NCBI GenBank assembly: GCA_047967505.1
Contig: CM106538.1
DNA length: 64,000 nt
Strand: one strand, 5' to 3'
Source: Dipteris shenzhenensis
Taxonomy: Eukaryota
The notes below the pieces were generated by a model, which made no database searches, was not told the DNA's origin, and was given only the letters and a program-made list of their open reading frames with translations. Position 1 is the stretch's first letter, and the number at the start of each line of letters is the position of its first letter. A program made the translations under genes and the position numbers. This document shows, one piece after another, positions 62,415 to 64,000 of this stretch.

Positions 62415-64000
62415 TTGCCATTGGAGATCGTACATCAACAGATTGGAAGTGAAGATGTTGCTATTTGTCAACCTTTGGTGGATTTGGAAGGGGGAGAGAA
62501 AGGGTTCAGATTGGATGGCCGAACCCATCAACATTTCATGGTGGTCGTAAGAAAAATAGTGTCAAATGCATCATCAACTTCTGTTGAAGAGGTGAGTGTA
62601 CGTACAATGTTGCAAAGGCTTCCATTGTCTAGCTCTTTGCATGTCGCCTTTTCAAGTGCGCAATCGATGCATGTCGTGCAAGAACTTCCAGCGAGATATG
62701 ATGGATATGTTTTGTTTGAGCTACCACCAATAAGTTCAGGCTCTTCTATGAAAGGAATGGATTAGAGGTGTGATGGGCATATTTGGATAGAGTATACGAC
62801 AAGCACACAAGAGTTTTTTAGAGGTGTTGTAAGATTTAGCAGATGTGGAGGTTATTTGAGGTGTTATAATGTGGATTGTGCTTACAATGAGCGCACTGGT
62901 TTAGTAAATGAAACACAGTGGAAAGGCAAGCTAAAGAAGACACCCTCTGTAGGGCCACTCAACAAGGAGATAGGAACATTAGTTTACAAGCATTGTGGTG
63001 AGTCACCAGAGTGTGTAGAACCATGTGCTGCAATCATGTACTATTGTCTCCCGCATGACCGTGAAAGAGTTACCAGATGCGCAATTCATATGGGTATGCA
63101 CAACCACCCTGTGGAACAAGGGATCTCAAGGCAGAAAAGACAACAGGTAGAGGACATGGTTTTGATGCGTGCTAAGGTGTCTCCAAATGCATCCTGTAAG
63201 AACATTGAGATGATAGTTACAAGAGACATATTGATGGATATATTGCTTGTTGATGAAGACACTAAGCATGAAGAATTAACTGAGACAAGGCTTAATGAAA
63301 TGCTGGAAACAATAACCCCTTTGTGCCATTGGAGGCGCCTTCAAAGATCTATTGAGTGTGCAAGAAAGAATTCTTCCATTGGTGATGGAGGCTTGGATGC
63401 AAATTGCAATCCTTGCCTTGAAGAAGAGATGTACTTATCCTTTCCTGCAAAGTATATTGTTTCCTGGCCAACTACAAGATAAGAGTCAACCTCATATTTT
63501 TAAAATGTCCTCTATAGGCCCTGCCTCTGGAGTAGATCTTGTTAATAGAATGAGGCGTGGGGGAAATCTTGGTCAAATGTGGGTGCATTTTGATCACATA
63601 CAACGTGTTAAAGGGTGGGCCACTATGGTTGCTCATGTATATGACCCCTATATACGTGAGCTATTGACCATTGCTACATGTGAGTTTAAAGTACAGAACA
63701 CAGATGCACAGGTGCAATTTGGGCACATGTTAAATGAGCAAATGTTGCAAAATGGATTTGAGAAACCAGACTTTCGAGGGTTTATGGCAGATAGTGCTGG
63801 TTCAAATTGGTTGGCTGTAAGGACTGTGTACAATGGAGGGCCGAAAATAGAATGGAGGGAAAAGAGAGAACTTGTATTTTCCATTGGGAAATGAGTATGG
63901 TTGATCACACAAGACGCTGCATTACCTCCCAGTTTCAAGAGGAACACAAATCATTATGCCGAAGTTGGAGAAACGCAACCACAGATGCCGTAGCAGATGA
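62415..64000 (+). pseudogene. MULE-type DDE transposase with GCM/WRKY-like zinc finger; stop and frameshifts
   Basis: CDGHIW, CGGYLRCYNVDC, C...C.AIMY...RCAIHMGMHNHPV finger; WVHFDH...HVYDP...IATCE; GFMADSA; TCIFHW (MULE CxxH). Confidence 0.75.

Larger units (their letters stand above)
55765..64000. mobile_element. Large Mutator-like DNA transposon with two divergent genes; right end beyond the window
   Basis: Abrupt end of the LINE fragment at GGTAGTCGATAATGCGAGCG with repeated CGAGC motifs; spliced minus-strand gene; plus-strand MULE-type transposase. The left boundary is inferred. Confidence 0.6.

Overview
Eukaryotic nuclear DNA from a land plant. A large-genome seed-free plant such as a fern is my inference from the transposon content and the giant introns. 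The window is mostly nested, decayed transposable elements. One host gene is recognisable: a Deg/HtrA serine protease most like mitochondrial DEG10. Its four visible exons run from 29940 to 47746, intron 2 is 16.3 kb and TE-filled, and intron 4 appears to run past the window end. The first 28 kb hold three Ty1/copia elements (two with paired LTRs and TSDs), a solo LTR, a Ty3/gypsy remnant, a hAT transposase remnant and two copies of a ~1 kb Mutator-like non-autonomous element. The introns hold L1 and RTE/RTEX-type LINEs, LTR stubs and, at the right end, a large Mutator-like element with a transposase and a divergent accessory gene. Two signals stand out. (1) A CRISPR-like array of 38-bp hairpin repeats with variable spacers and covarying stems (4131-5059) directly precedes a Pro-rich plus atypical protein-kinase pseudogene that is restored in frame when a copia insertion is removed. 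(2) The Mutator-like element pairs a GCM/WRKY-type-finger transposase with a possibly ParB-like gene, and repeated long palindromes lie between the two genes. All family assignments come from motif recognition by eye; no searches were run.
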